A stretch of DNA of 61,213 nt. It comes from Planctomycetota bacterium (lineage in GTDB: Bacteria; Planctomycetota; Phycisphaerae; SM23-33). Both the position numbers and the translations under genes were made by a program. How positions within the stretch are numbered: the first letter of the stretch is position 1; each line of letters opens with the position of its first letter. Shown piece by piece: positions 33,231 to 43,336 of this stretch. The notes beneath the pieces were generated by a model. That model did not search any database, had not been told where the DNA came from, and saw only the letters and a program-made list of their open reading frames with translations. Location: the NCBI GenBank assembly GCA_016235825.1, contig JACRIL010000184.1:1-61213 (forward strand). Direction: 5' to 3'.

Positions 33231-34336
33231 TATCCGTTTTCCCTCGACTGCCGGCGGAAGGAGAAATAAAAGTTCCTGCCCTCTTCCAGCCCGTAGCGGT
33301 ACGCGATGTCCTGGGGCGATTCGTGCGCCTTTTCCGACCGCCGGATCAGGTCCAGTTCGTCGATTTCGTATATGATCCGGATGAAGCCGTCCTCGTACAC
33401 GTCTATGGTGTCGAACCCGCATTCGTAGTGGACCACCTGCGGGCTGAGCACGTGCGCCACGCCGTCCACCACGGAAAGAGTCGGCATGTTTTTGTGACCC
33501 GCGAAGGCGGCGTGCACCTGCGGCCAGCCGCGAATGGCTGCCTGTATTTCTTCGACGTTATCCACGGCACAGTCCGGGTCGTAAACCAGGGTTTCGTGCC
33601 GGTGAAGCGAGAAATGGCTGAACAGAAAGGTCGGTGAGTCCCGATTTGCGGCCAGATCGGCTGTAAGCCATCGGAACTGCTCCGAGTCGGCGTGAAGCTC
33701 GTCCGGCGTGAACGTCCGCAGCCGGACGAAATGGAACCCGTGATGGTCGGAGGATTGCCAGCCTTTTCCCAGGCCGAACGCTTTCAGGAACAACTCCGGC
33801 TGGAACTCATGGTTGCCGATCAGGACCTGGCAGGGGATCGGCGAGGCGGCGACTATCTTGCGAACCGCCTCGACCTCATCCGGCGTGCCATTGTCGGTCA
33901 GGTCGCCGGGCAGGACCGCGAATTCCGCGCCCAAATCGGCCAGGCGGCCAAGATATTTTTCCGTGAGGGCCAGCGAGTGCCAGAACAGCCGCGGCGAGCC
34001 GGGCTTGTCGCGAAAGGCGCAGTGCGAGTCGGCGAGAATACCGAACCGGAACAGCCGCTTTCCCGGCGGCGCGGGCAAGGTCCGGAAGGTCCGGTTCATG
34101 CCGCCTGCTTCCGCGTCGCGGGCCGAGACCTCGTATTGAGTCGCCGGCGACAGGCCGTCGATGCCGGCCGCGAATAGAAATTCGTCCTTATATGGAATCG
34201 GTTTTTCGCATCGTAGGAACTGCGTCTTGCCGTCCGGCGAGCGGAACGAAAGTTCTTCTTCGTCCGGCCGGTCGGAAATCCATCGAATGCCGGCGAAGTC
34301 CGTTCCGATGGTCGGGATCGCCATCTCGCGGATCAT
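33230..34336 (-). CDS. Calcineurin-like metallophosphoesterase with N-terminal beta-sandwich
   Basis: FGILADSH, LPGDLTDNG, IGNHEF, FSHFSLH and AGHKNMP motifs. Confidence 0.75.
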   Translation of the reverse strand: MIREMAIPTIGTDFAGIRWISDRPDEEELSFRSPDGKTQFLRCEKPIPYKDEFLFAAGIDGLSPATQYEVSARDAEAGGMNRTFRTLPAPPGKRLFRFGILADSHCAFRDKPGSPRLFWHSLALTEKYLGRLADLGAEFAVLPGDLTDNGTPDEVEAVRKIVAASPIPCQVLIGNHEFQPELFLKAFGLGKGWQSSDHHGFHFVRLRTFTPDELHADSEQFRWLTADLAANRDSPTFLFSHFSLHRHETLVYDPDCAVDNVEEIQAAIRGWPQVHAAFAGHKNMPTLSVVDGVAHVLSPQVVHYECGFDTIDVYEDGFIRIIYEIDELDLIRRSEKAHESPQDIAYRYGLEEGRNFYFSFRRQSRENG

Positions 34337-36162
34337 GCGTCCTCCCGCACGCGGACCCAGACCGGGCTGGTCCAGATTTTTCTGCCGTCCCGCAGCGCGG
34401 TCCGCGAAAAATAATATGTCCCGTCGGCTATTGCATCGGAATCGACGAATTCGATTTCCGTTTCGGCCTTTCCCAGCCGGAAAGTTTTTACCGTCCTGCC
34501 GCCCCGGACGATCTCAATCGTGTCGATCTCCTCGTTTCCGGCGATTCTCATGGCGATCCTGCGCGGCGCCGTGCGGTCGATCAAAATATCCTCGCCCATG
34601 AGATGGCCGTCGAGTTCGAAATGCACCAGGTGCCGCGTTCCCATGGTCGCGTAGCATCTGCGATTCCGCAGCGCCTCGAAAAGCCCTTCCCGCGTAAGTT
34701 CCTTTGCGATTACGCCCGTCAGCGCGGCCTGTCCGTTGCGGGCAAGGCCCGGTTCGACCTGGGCCGGCACTCCGAAATGGCTGTCCGTGCCGCCGAAAAA
34801 TCCGACGCGGTCTCCGCGCGCCAGGAACAGTTCGCTGCCGATCTCCGGCGGGCGGTTGCCGTGAGCGACCTGGAGAAGATGGACCGGGACCGGCATGCAG
34901 GTTTCCCGCATTTCTTCCAGCCGGTGGTAGCCGGTCAGCCAGTTTTCCCTTTTCGTCAACTCCGCGATCCGCTTCTGGATTTCGGCGTCAGTCTTCTCGA
35001 TCCATGGGAAAAAATCCGGCGCGGGAAACTCGGCGTACTCGCGGTTGAAGCAGAACAGGTTCGTGTAGCTGCGGAACTCGAACCCGCCGATGGTAACGAA
35101 CCGGCCGGGCTCGTAGAACCGCTCGTAATTGTCCGTCATTGCGGCCCATTTTTCGCCCGTCCACTCGCGCCAGGCCAGACCATTCTCCACATGCTCGTTG
35201 AGGGCGATAAAGTCCAGCCGCTTCCAGTCCCGCGCCATGGCGAGAATTTCCCCGGGATCGCCCAGCCCGTCGGAAAAATTGCTGTGCAGGTGCATGTCGC
35301 CGAAGAAGATTTTAAATCCCGGCGGCGCGAAGGCGGCGGAAACCGGCTCGCTCATGGCCCGCCAGCCGTTAGCCTCGTCCCTCGCCTCGATCCGGACAGT
35401 CTGGCCGGCGGGCAGCGGGTCGCCTTCAAACCGGAAAAGCCCTGCGTCCGCTTTTGTAAATGCGTGGCGGATGGTCCGGCCGGGCAGTTTTATTTCCACG
35501 GTTCCCCGATAGCCGGCGTCCGGCATGTAGTGGCGAACCGCCGGCCCTTCCGCCGCAATTGTAACGGCGGGCTTCCCATCAGGCGATGCGGCAGTGGCGT
35601 ATACCTGGATCGATTCGGCCCGGCCCGGCAGCGACTCAAGCGAGATGGCCGAACCGGCCGGCGCGAAATCTCCGCCCGGCAGGCGGACGAAGACATCGCC
35701 GGCGTATCGCCCGGCACGACGGCGAAACCGGACGGACGGTATCAATATTAAAAACGAGCCGTTGGCGGGAAGGTCTGCTTCGAGAATAAATTCCAGGACA
35801 GATAAATCCGGCCCGCACTCGGCTACATGGGTGCGGACGTTCTGGCCGGCGATTTCATCCATCCTGATCAATTTCGGAAAACCAACGATCACTACGGAAG
35901 TCGCCTCTGTTTTTTTAACCTCATATCCTTCCAGCCCTGCCGGCAGGTGCACGAGTATATGCGTCCCGGCCGGAAGGCTTTTGCTGCTTGCCGAAAAAAT
36001 CATCCGCAGATCGGCCGGGACATCCGGGTCGGCCCGGTCGGGCAGGATTTCAACATTCATCGCGGACGGACGGTTCCGCCGCCAGCCGTGCATCAGCAGC
36101 CTCAAATTAAATGTATTGGCCGAGCCGGGAAAAACAAAATCGGATTTATTGCCTGTATCCAT
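34333..36162 (-). CDS. PHP-domain (CehA/McbA-like) metallohydrolase with N-terminal beta-rich region
   Basis: FFGDMHLHSNFSDG, IALNEH and FFGGTDSHFG. Its stop overlaps the next ATG (ATGA). Confidence 0.65.
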   Translation of the reverse strand: MDTGNKSDFVFPGSANTFNLRLLMHGWRRNRPSAMNVEILPDRADPDVPADLRMIFSASSKSLPAGTHILVHLPAGLEGYEVKKTEATSVVIVGFPKLIRMDEIAGQNVRTHVAECGPDLSVLEFILEADLPANGSFLILIPSVRFRRRAGRYAGDVFVRLPGGDFAPAGSAISLESLPGRAESIQVYATAASPDGKPAVTIAAEGPAVRHYMPDAGYRGTVEIKLPGRTIRHAFTKADAGLFRFEGDPLPAGQTVRIEARDEANGWRAMSEPVSAAFAPPGFKIFFGDMHLHSNFSDGLGDPGEILAMARDWKRLDFIALNEHVENGLAWREWTGEKWAAMTDNYERFYEPGRFVTIGGFEFRSYTNLFCFNREYAEFPAPDFFPWIEKTDAEIQKRIAELTKRENWLTGYHRLEEMRETCMPVPVHLLQVAHGNRPPEIGSELFLARGDRVGFFGGTDSHFGVPAQVEPGLARNGQAALTGVIAKELTREGLFEALRNRRCYATMGTRHLVHFELDGHLMGEDILIDRTAPRRIAMRIAGNEEIDTIEIVRGGRTVKTFRLGKAETEIEFVDSDAIADGTYYFSRTALRDGRKIWTSPVWVRVREDA

Positions 36163-36276
36163 TCAGCTTACGGATGATACATCGGCCCGGGCCGCAAAAT
36201 CAACGACTGGCGGGAACATGCCGGCAAGATGAGATTGTGGATCGACGTGGTGCGGCGCGCGGCGCCACTGCCCGGG

Positions 36277-37623
36277 TCAATTCGGCAGGTCGGAGATGAC
36301 CTTGTCTGGCTGGAATTTTCCGCCCAATCGGAGGAGCAGGCCTGGCATTCGGAGGTTTCGGGCGAGTTTGCAAATATCCTTGTCGCGTGGGGCCAGCAGC
36401 AGGGCCCGCGAGGCGTATCTGCGAGCCCGGCGGATCTGCCCCAGGCGCCTGTGCGCTACGGCCAGGTTGTACAGCGCCAGTGCGTAGTCGGGTTTTAGCT
36501 TGATGGCCTTGCGGCAGTGGCGGATTCCGTGATCGACCTTGCGAAGGCGGAAATAGCTGACGGCCAGGTCGTGCTGTGCCTGCGGGTCCTGCGGCATGAG
36601 GGTTACCAGCCGCGAAAGGGCCTCGTTGGCGAGTTTGAGCCTGCCGGCCTGGAGCAGGAGCTGACCGGCCTGGTGGAGGATATGCGGGTCGTCGCAGTGC
36701 CGTCTGATCTCCGCCCGCAGGAGCCTGACGGCCTGCCGCATGTTCGACCGGCCAATCATGACCCTGGCCATGTTCATCCGCACGCCGGGGAACGCCGGTT
36801 CCAGCCGCGCAACAGCGGCGAACTGGGCCTCGGCCAGGTCCAGGTCGTTCCGCATGAGGGCGATCTGGCCGAGATAGAAATTGGCCGGGGCGTGGTCGGG
36901 ATGGCCGGCGAGGGCCTTTTGCAGCATTCCCTGTGCCTGCTCCATCCGCCCCATCTCCATCAGCAGCTCGACTGCATCGAGGACCGTCTCGATGTCGCCG
37001 CCGTCGAATTCCATTTCCGCCCGGTAGCGTTCGAGCGCCTCGTCCAGCATCCCTTTTGCCCAGTACGCGTCGGCGATTCGCGCGTTGACCTGGAGCCGCC
37101 CCGGCTCCAACCGGAGCGTCTCCTTCCAGCATCCGATGGCCCGGTCGTACTGCCCGCGAAGATAGAAGCTGTCGCCTATGTTGAAATTGCAGGCCGGGCA
37201 TTCCGCGGTGATCTGCCTGGCCAGGTAGAACATCAGTTCGGCGTCCTCGTGCCTGCCCATCTCGGTGAAGGTGATTATCCGCGAGCAGTAGGACGGCTCG
37301 AATGACGGGTCGAGCCGGTCGATGCGGGCATAGCATTTCAGCGATTCGGCGAACCTGCCCAGCCGCGTGAGATTCACCGCCAGGCAGTTGAGCGTCTCGA
37401 GGTCGTCGGGTTCCAGCCTCAGCGAGGCCTTGAACGCCCGGACGGCCGGGGCGTATTCCTCCATCGCCTCGAGCGTCATGCCGAGGTTGAAGTACCACGA
37501 GGCGTTGTCGGGATTTACCTCGATGGCGGCCCGCAGCTCGGCGGCGGCCTCCACCCACCGCCCCTGGTCGTACAACTCGTGCGCCCGTTCCACTCGCGAC
37601 TCCGCATCCGACCATTCATTCAT
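36277..37623 (-). CDS. TPR repeat protein
   Basis: 448 aa with repeated W..LG......Y..A...F..AL.L.P units throughout. Confidence 0.8.
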   Translation of the reverse strand: MNEWSDAESRVERAHELYDQGRWVEAAAELRAAIEVNPDNASWYFNLGMTLEAMEEYAPAVRAFKASLRLEPDDLETLNCLAVNLTRLGRFAESLKCYARIDRLDPSFEPSYCSRIITFTEMGRHEDAELMFYLARQITAECPACNFNIGDSFYLRGQYDRAIGCWKETLRLEPGRLQVNARIADAYWAKGMLDEALERYRAEMEFDGGDIETVLDAVELLMEMGRMEQAQGMLQKALAGHPDHAPANFYLGQIALMRNDLDLAEAQFAAVARLEPAFPGVRMNMARVMIGRSNMRQAVRLLRAEIRRHCDDPHILHQAGQLLLQAGRLKLANEALSRLVTLMPQDPQAQHDLAVSYFRLRKVDHGIRHCRKAIKLKPDYALALYNLAVAHRRLGQIRRARRYASRALLLAPRDKDICKLARNLRMPGLLLRLGGKFQPDKVISDLPN

Positions 37624-37900
37624 TTTTCATGGTATCCCGCACGGGCCTTTTCAGAATGAACAACCCGGTGAATCGCACGGCGCAGGCCGCGGGTCGTTCC
37701 CTGAACCTGTCTGACCTGAATACATTCTACCCAAAAGCCGGCGGGCGATTCAATACCCGCGGCGAATTTTACCGGATGCCGCAAAAATCTGCCGGGAAAT
37801 GCGTTGTAGGGTTTGACATTTTACCCGCCTGATCTTAGACTGAAGCACCCAGACTGAACAAGGCGTCCAGGGCTCTGAAACCGCAGAAAAGGAGCAGTCT

Positions 37901-38938
37901 ATGGCAGACGTGGAACGGCGCTATGATTGGATCACCAAATCCGCCCGCAGCGCGCTGATAGTTACGATGGTTCTGGTGGGCATATCCGTCATCATGACGG
38001 TCGCCACGATGGGCATAACCTTCCTGGAAGAGAGAAACTGGGAGAAGTTCGCGATCTTCTCGGCCGTTATAATCGGCGAGGTAGTCGCCGCGGCCTGGCT
38101 GGTCGTGCTGTACGGGCTGATATCGATGTTCGTCTCGGCCGAGACCAACCTGGAGGACACGGTGGCCAAGCTCAACCGCCACGAGGCCCTCCTGGAAAAC
38201 ATGTCGGACTCCAGCAAGAAGATCGTGGAGCTTTCCGGCCTGCCCGATCAGGCCAAGAGCCTGATCTTCCGCGACCGCGAGATGGAGGCCTTCCGCGAGA
38301 ACATCAACGCCAACATAGTCAGCCGCAACTACGAGTCGGCCATGTCGCTGATCGAGCAGTTCGAGAAGAAATTCGGCCTTGCCGACGAGGCGTCCAAGAT
38401 GCGGTCCGAGATCGACGCGTCCAGACGGGCCACGGTCGACGAGCGGATCGACAAGGCCGTCGCCAAGGTCATGGAAATCATCCAACAGCGGGACTACACA
38501 AGGTCGATGCGCGAGATACAGCGAATTCAGAAGATGTTCCCTGGCCATCCCAAGGCGGTGAATCTGCCCAAGGCCCTGGAGGCCGAGCGCACCAAACAGA
38601 AGCGAGAGCTTCTCCAGGAATACGGCGAGGCGGTCAGGCGCAACGACGTGGATCGCGGCATAGACCTGCTGAGGGAACTGGACAAATACCTGACGCCGCA
38701 GGAAGGCGCCGCGCTGCAGGAATCGGCCAGGGGCGTCTTCAAGGCCCGCCTGCACAACCTGGGCGTGCAGTTCTCGATCTCGGTCGCCGAAGGCCAGTGG
38801 AAGAACGCGATAGACGCCGGCACAAGCATCGTGAAGGAATTCCCGAACAGCAAGATGGCACAGGAAGTCCGCGAGAAACTGGAGCTGGTCAAGGCAAAAA
38901 TGGCCGGGCCGGGCCAGCCGCAGCCTGGCAGGAAGTAG
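37901..38938 (+). CDS. Membrane-anchored helical/coiled-coil protein
   Basis: GGAG 9 nt upstream of the ATG. Two N-terminal TM helices, then a long helical TPR-like region. Confidence 0.6.
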   Translation: MADVERRYDWITKSARSALIVTMVLVGISVIMTVATMGITFLEERNWEKFAIFSAVIIGEVVAAAWLVVLYGLISMFVSAETNLEDTVAKLNRHEALLENMSDSSKKIVELSGLPDQAKSLIFRDREMEAFRENINANIVSRNYESAMSLIEQFEKKFGLADEASKMRSEIDASRRATVDERIDKAVAKVMEIIQQRDYTRSMREIQRIQKMFPGHPKAVNLPKALEAERTKQKRELLQEYGEAVRRNDVDRGIDLLRELDKYLTPQEGAALQESARGVFKARLHNLGVQFSISVAEGQWKNAIDAGTSIVKEFPNSKMAQEVREKLELVKAKMAGPGQPQPGRK

Positions 38939-39130
38939 TTTTACGGAGCACCAGGCATGGACGCCGTTGGCAGTTGCACGGACAAAACAGCGATTTCAGC
39001 ACACAGCCGGCAGACGCGGGGTTTCGCGGGGTCGGCAATTTGCATTTAGCGACTTGAAACCGCCGGCAGCTTGAATTATTAATGCCGATTTCATCGGCCG
39101 CGCGGCGGCGATGAAAGATTGAGGATTTAA

Positions 39131-39421
39131 ATGGTGTTTTTGCGGTTCAGGATCATAACGAAGGACATCTGCATGGGACCGATCGACAGATGGGTCTTCA
39201 TCGACGCCCGGCAGGTGTCCGAGGTTGCGGTCGCAGCGGGGGGATGCATCGTCAAATTCGTGGACGGAACCAATCTGAACCTTCGCGAACAGGCCGACGA
39301 CGTGATAAATCGCGTCCAACTGGAACTGGCAAGGCCCATTCAGAATCTGCCGCCACACACCATCCGCCACCCGCCTCGCCTGCCGGCCTATCTGTTCTTC
39401 GACGACCCGCTGTGCGTCTGA
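39131..39421 (+). CDS. Hypothetical small protein
   Basis: GAGGA 7 nt upstream of the ATG. The central part is protein-like. No motif. Confidence 0.35.
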   Translation: MVFLRFRIITKDICMGPIDRWVFIDARQVSEVAVAAGGCIVKFVDGTNLNLREQADDVINRVQLELARPIQNLPPHTIRHPPRLPAYLFFDDPLCV

Positions 39422-39583
39422 CCTGACGGCCGGCTCACGCCGCCGCCATTTCATTTAGTTATCGCAAGCCTGTTCAATCAGCCGATCAAAACCGGTATAA
39501 TGTCGCAATCCCGTTTTTCCATGCGCCGCGGAAAGACAGGCCGGCATACTTGACGGCGAGTCTTTTTCAAGGATCAAACGACC

Positions 39584-39961
39584 ATGTGGACTATCGTGCT
39601 TCTGACCGTCTCGAACGTCTTCATGACCTTCGCCTGGTACGGGCACCTCAAGAACCTCAAAAGCGCCCCGCTGTGGCTGGCCGTCCTGGCAAGCTGGGGG
39701 ATAGCCTTCTTCGAGTACTGCTTCCAGGTGCCAGCCAACCGGCTTGGCTACGGGACGCTCGGCGGCAGGTTCAACCTGGCACAATTGAAAACCATCCAGG
39801 AGGTCATCACGCTGGCGGTCTTCTGCGTGTTCTCGATTTTATACATGAACCAGGGAATCAGGTGGAATTACCTGGTCGGGTTCGCGCTGATAGTCGCGGC
39901 GGTGTTCTTCGTGTTCATGGCAGACGGCGGCGGACAGGAACTCGCCGGCGCAGGCAAATAA
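39584..39961 (+). CDS. DMT-superfamily small membrane protein (DUF486 type)
   Basis: MWTIVLLTVSNVFMTFAWYGHLK...FEYCFQVPANR...LKTIQEVITL matches this family closely. Confidence 0.8.
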   Translation: MWTIVLLTVSNVFMTFAWYGHLKNLKSAPLWLAVLASWGIAFFEYCFQVPANRLGYGTLGGRFNLAQLKTIQEVITLAVFCVFSILYMNQGIRWNYLVGFALIVAAVFFVFMADGGGQELAGAGK

Positions 39962-41097
39962 TGGCACAGGCGATGAAAAAGGGCATACTCTCAATCGCGT
40001 CGCGTATCGGCCTGGCGCTCCTGCTCGTGCTGGCATTCCTGGCCGTGATGGAATTCATCCGCGCCTGCCAGACCCTTTACGCGGTGCATCCCTGGGCGGG
40101 TTATGCCCTTCTGGGCCTGGGCGGACTGGTCGTGCTGTGGATTTTATGGGTGCTGATCCGGCTGATGTTCGTTACCAGGCCGGTGCTCAAGCCGCCAAAG
40201 ATCGCCGATCACGACAGCGCAGCCCCGCGCGAGCTTCGCCATTATTCGGCCTATCTGGTCAAATATCTCCGCCGGCTGGCGGACAATCCCAACCTCGCCC
40301 AGGACAGTCCCGCGGCCCGGCAGTGGGCCGAGGAGCTTCGCCGGTCGGCAGCGTCTGCCGGCGGCAGGGGAGAACTGCTGACTGCGATACGCAAGGCCGA
40401 GACGCAGGCGGTCGAGCCGCTGCTTGCAAAGCTTGACCAGCAGGCCGAGACGGAAATCCGCGACTGCATGGCCACCGTCATGGTTTGGGTGGCCATGAGC
40501 CCCTGGAACCAGATCGACATGCTCGTCGTGCTGGCGAAAAACGCCTCGCTGGTCGTGCGGGTAACCGGGATATACCGCGGCCGGCCAGGCTGGCGGGAAC
40601 AGGCACTTATCTTCGCCAACGTCATCGCAACCATCTCGGCAATCAAGCTCGGCTCGCTGGCGAAAACGTTCATGCAGAACGTGCTTGGCTCCCTGCCCGG
40701 GACGGCAAAGGTGGTCGAGTCGCTCACCCAGCTCGTCGGCGTGGGATACCTGACCTCGGTGGTCGGGCACATGACGCTCCACCGCTGCCGGGCGTTCCGC
40801 GGCTGGGGAAAGCAGGAGGCACAGCAGTATTTCATCGCCCATATGGGCAACTTCGCCAAAGACTGCTGGAGCATCGCAAAGGACATCGTCATGCCCCGCG
40901 TGCAGGGCGTCTGCCGCTGGGTCGTTGACCTGCCGGGCAGCGTCTGGGACGGCCTGAAAAACGCCTTCTCATTCCTCACCGGCGAGCAGTCCGGCCAACC
41001 CGCCGGCCCGCAGCAGAATTTCACGCAGCCAAATTACCCGCGGCAGCAGCCCCTCGTCGCCAAACTCCTCGACGACCCGTCGCAACAGCAGAGATAG
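39961..41097 (+). CDS. DUF697/YcjF-like membrane protein
   Basis: The ATG shares one nt with the upstream stop (TAATG). N-terminal TM pair. VAMSPWNQIDMLVVLAKNASLVVRVTGIYRG resembles the YcjF family core. Confidence 0.6.
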   Translation: MAQAMKKGILSIASRIGLALLLVLAFLAVMEFIRACQTLYAVHPWAGYALLGLGGLVVLWILWVLIRLMFVTRPVLKPPKIADHDSAAPRELRHYSAYLVKYLRRLADNPNLAQDSPAARQWAEELRRSAASAGGRGELLTAIRKAETQAVEPLLAKLDQQAETEIRDCMATVMVWVAMSPWNQIDMLVVLAKNASLVVRVTGIYRGRPGWREQALIFANVIATISAIKLGSLAKTFMQNVLGSLPGTAKVVESLTQLVGVGYLTSVVGHMTLHRCRAFRGWGKQEAQQYFIAHMGNFAKDCWSIAKDIVMPRVQGVCRWVVDLPGSVWDGLKNAFSFLTGEQSGQPAGPQQNFTQPNYPRQQPLVAKLLDDPSQQQR

Positions 41098-41162
41098 AAA
41101 GTTAGTCTTTACTCTCCTTTTGCCATCTTGGCAATCCACAAATTACCCAATGCGGTAGGCGT

Positions 41163-43268
41163 TCAATCGTCCCAAAAAGTGTATTTCTTTCGGAAGTCGT
41201 CGCCTTTCCAGGCGGCGGCCAGAAGGCCGGGGCGTTCAAACTGCTTGCGGCATTTCTCCAGAGACACAAGGTCTAGGGTGCCGGCGACGCGGTAACTGAC
41301 GAAATTAACCCCTTTCTCCGAGCCGTCGAAGTAGCCGTCGGGCGTTACAACGAGCCATTCCTTGCCGGCATCCAAAGAAATCAGGGAGCAAAGTTCCTTA
41401 CCCGTCTGCGTATCCCAGATCCGCGTTGTCCCGTCGTCGGATGCGGTCAGAACGCGCCGGACGTCTCCGCTTATCGCCACGCTGTTGACGCTCCCCGTGT
41501 GCCCCTCGAATGTATGAATTTTCTTTCCGGTCTTAACATCCCACAAGATCGCTGTTTTGTCATCAGAACCAGTCAAAATGTTATTACCATCGTCGCTAAT
41601 CACCACACTCTTGACTCTTTCCTTATGTTCGGAAAAGATCCGAAGTTCTTTCCCTGTCTTTGCATCCCAAAGGATCACCGTCTTATCCCCAGAAGCAGAC
41701 AATAAAAGACTGCCATCCTTATTTATGGCAACTCCGTAGACTGGTTCCTTGTGCCCTTTGAAAACTTGGAGCTGCCCGCCCGTATGGGCGTCCCACAAGA
41801 TGGCATTTTTGTCCCAAGAACCTGTCAGAACGCGGTTACCATCTTCGCTCATCGCCACGCAGAAGACGCCGCTTGTGTGCCCTTCAAATGTGCAGTTTTG
41901 CTTACCTGTCTTGGCATCCCAAAGGATCGTTGTATGGTCCATAGAACCTGTCAGGGCGTTCTTGCCGTCTCTGCTCAAAGATGAACTGATAATCCAGTCC
42001 TTGTGCCCTTCAAAGGTCTGAATTTTCTTGCCGGTTTGTGCGTCCCACAGGATTCCTGTTTTGTCGGCAGAACCAGTTAAGATGCAGTTACCATCTCCGC
42101 TCATCGCCATAGTGGTTATTCTGTCCGTATGACCGGAAAAGGCCTGGATTTCTTTGCCAGCTTTGACATTCCATAAGACTGCTGCCTTATCTTCAGAACC
42201 AGTCATGACACGACTGCTATCTGTGCTTATCGCAACACTTTCAACTGGATCTGTGTTTCCTTCAAAGTTATGAATACTTTTACCTGTCTGGACGTCCCAT
42301 AAAATCGCTGTCTTGTCATCTGAGCCAGTCAAAACATACCGGCCATTTGCACTCAAAAATACGCTGGTTACAACGCCCTTATGTCTTTCAAAACTCTTGA
42401 TTATTTTGCCTGTCTGCACATCCCATAGAATTGCTGTCTTGTCATAAGAACCGGTCAGAACTTGCTTTCCGTCTATACTCAACGCAACACTGTGGATTGA
42501 GTTCTTGTGCCCTTCAAAAGTTTGGATTTCTTTACCTGTCGTTGTGTCCCACAAGATTGCTGTGCAATCCCAAGAACCTGTCAGGGCACATTTGCCATCA
42601 TCGCTGATCGCGCCGCTAACAATCCGGTTTATGTGTCCGCCAAAGGTCCATATTTTATTGCCTGTCTGCGTATCCCATAAAACTGCTGTCTTGTCCGCAG
42701 ATCCGGTTAATATACGATTGCCATCTACGCCAATTGATACCGTAGTAACCGTGTCGGAGTGCCCTTCAAACATTTTGTTTTTTTTACCTGATTTGACATC
42801 CCACAGAATTGCCGTCTTGTCTTCCGATCCTGTTACGACATACTTCCCATCTTTGCTTATCACTACGCTTTCAATCGATCCCTTATGCCCAGCGAAAATC
42901 TGTTTTTTTTCCCCGGTCTGTGCGTCCCACAGGATTGCTTTGTTGTCCCCGGAACCAGTCAGAACACGCTGTCCATCTCCGCTCATGGCCACACTTCAAA
43001 CACCGAACGCGTGACCAGTGAAGGTCCGAAGTTTCTTGCCTGTCTGCGCGTCCCACAAAATCGCTGTATTGTCCCAAGAGCCAGTCAGTATGCGTTTAGC
43101 ATCTTCGCTCATCGCCAAACTGGTGATTCCACGAGTATGCCCAATTTGAACGACAAGTTCCAGTCGGTTTGTTTCCTGAGTTGCCGCCGGTCCGGACCGG
43201 ATCATCAAAACAATGAATGCCACGCCTAACGCCATGGTCACTCTTTGTTTCATGTCTGCATTCTCCAA
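41163..43268 (-). pseudogene. Signal-anchored 14-repeat WD40 protein interrupted by one in-frame TGA (42996-42998)
   Basis: ORFs 42996..43268 and 41163..42992 are in the same frame: ...FTGHAFGV-TGA-SVAMSGDGQRVL. There are 14 units of the type GH....V.SVA.S.DG..ILTGS.DKTAILWD. G+C is visibly lower than in the neighbours. Confidence 0.7.
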
Positions 43269-43336
43269 ATTTCCGTCGTTTTCCCATACTTTTACGGCGT
43301 CCGATCAACACGATGATGTCATAGTGGAACTCATTT

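Noticed and set aside
42996-42998. Selenocysteine (or other programmed recoding) at the TGA in the WD40 gene
   Set aside because: The codon sits at a variable, non-catalytic repeat position. Downstream sequence offers only a 4-bp CCAT/ATGG stem, not a SECIS-like hairpin.
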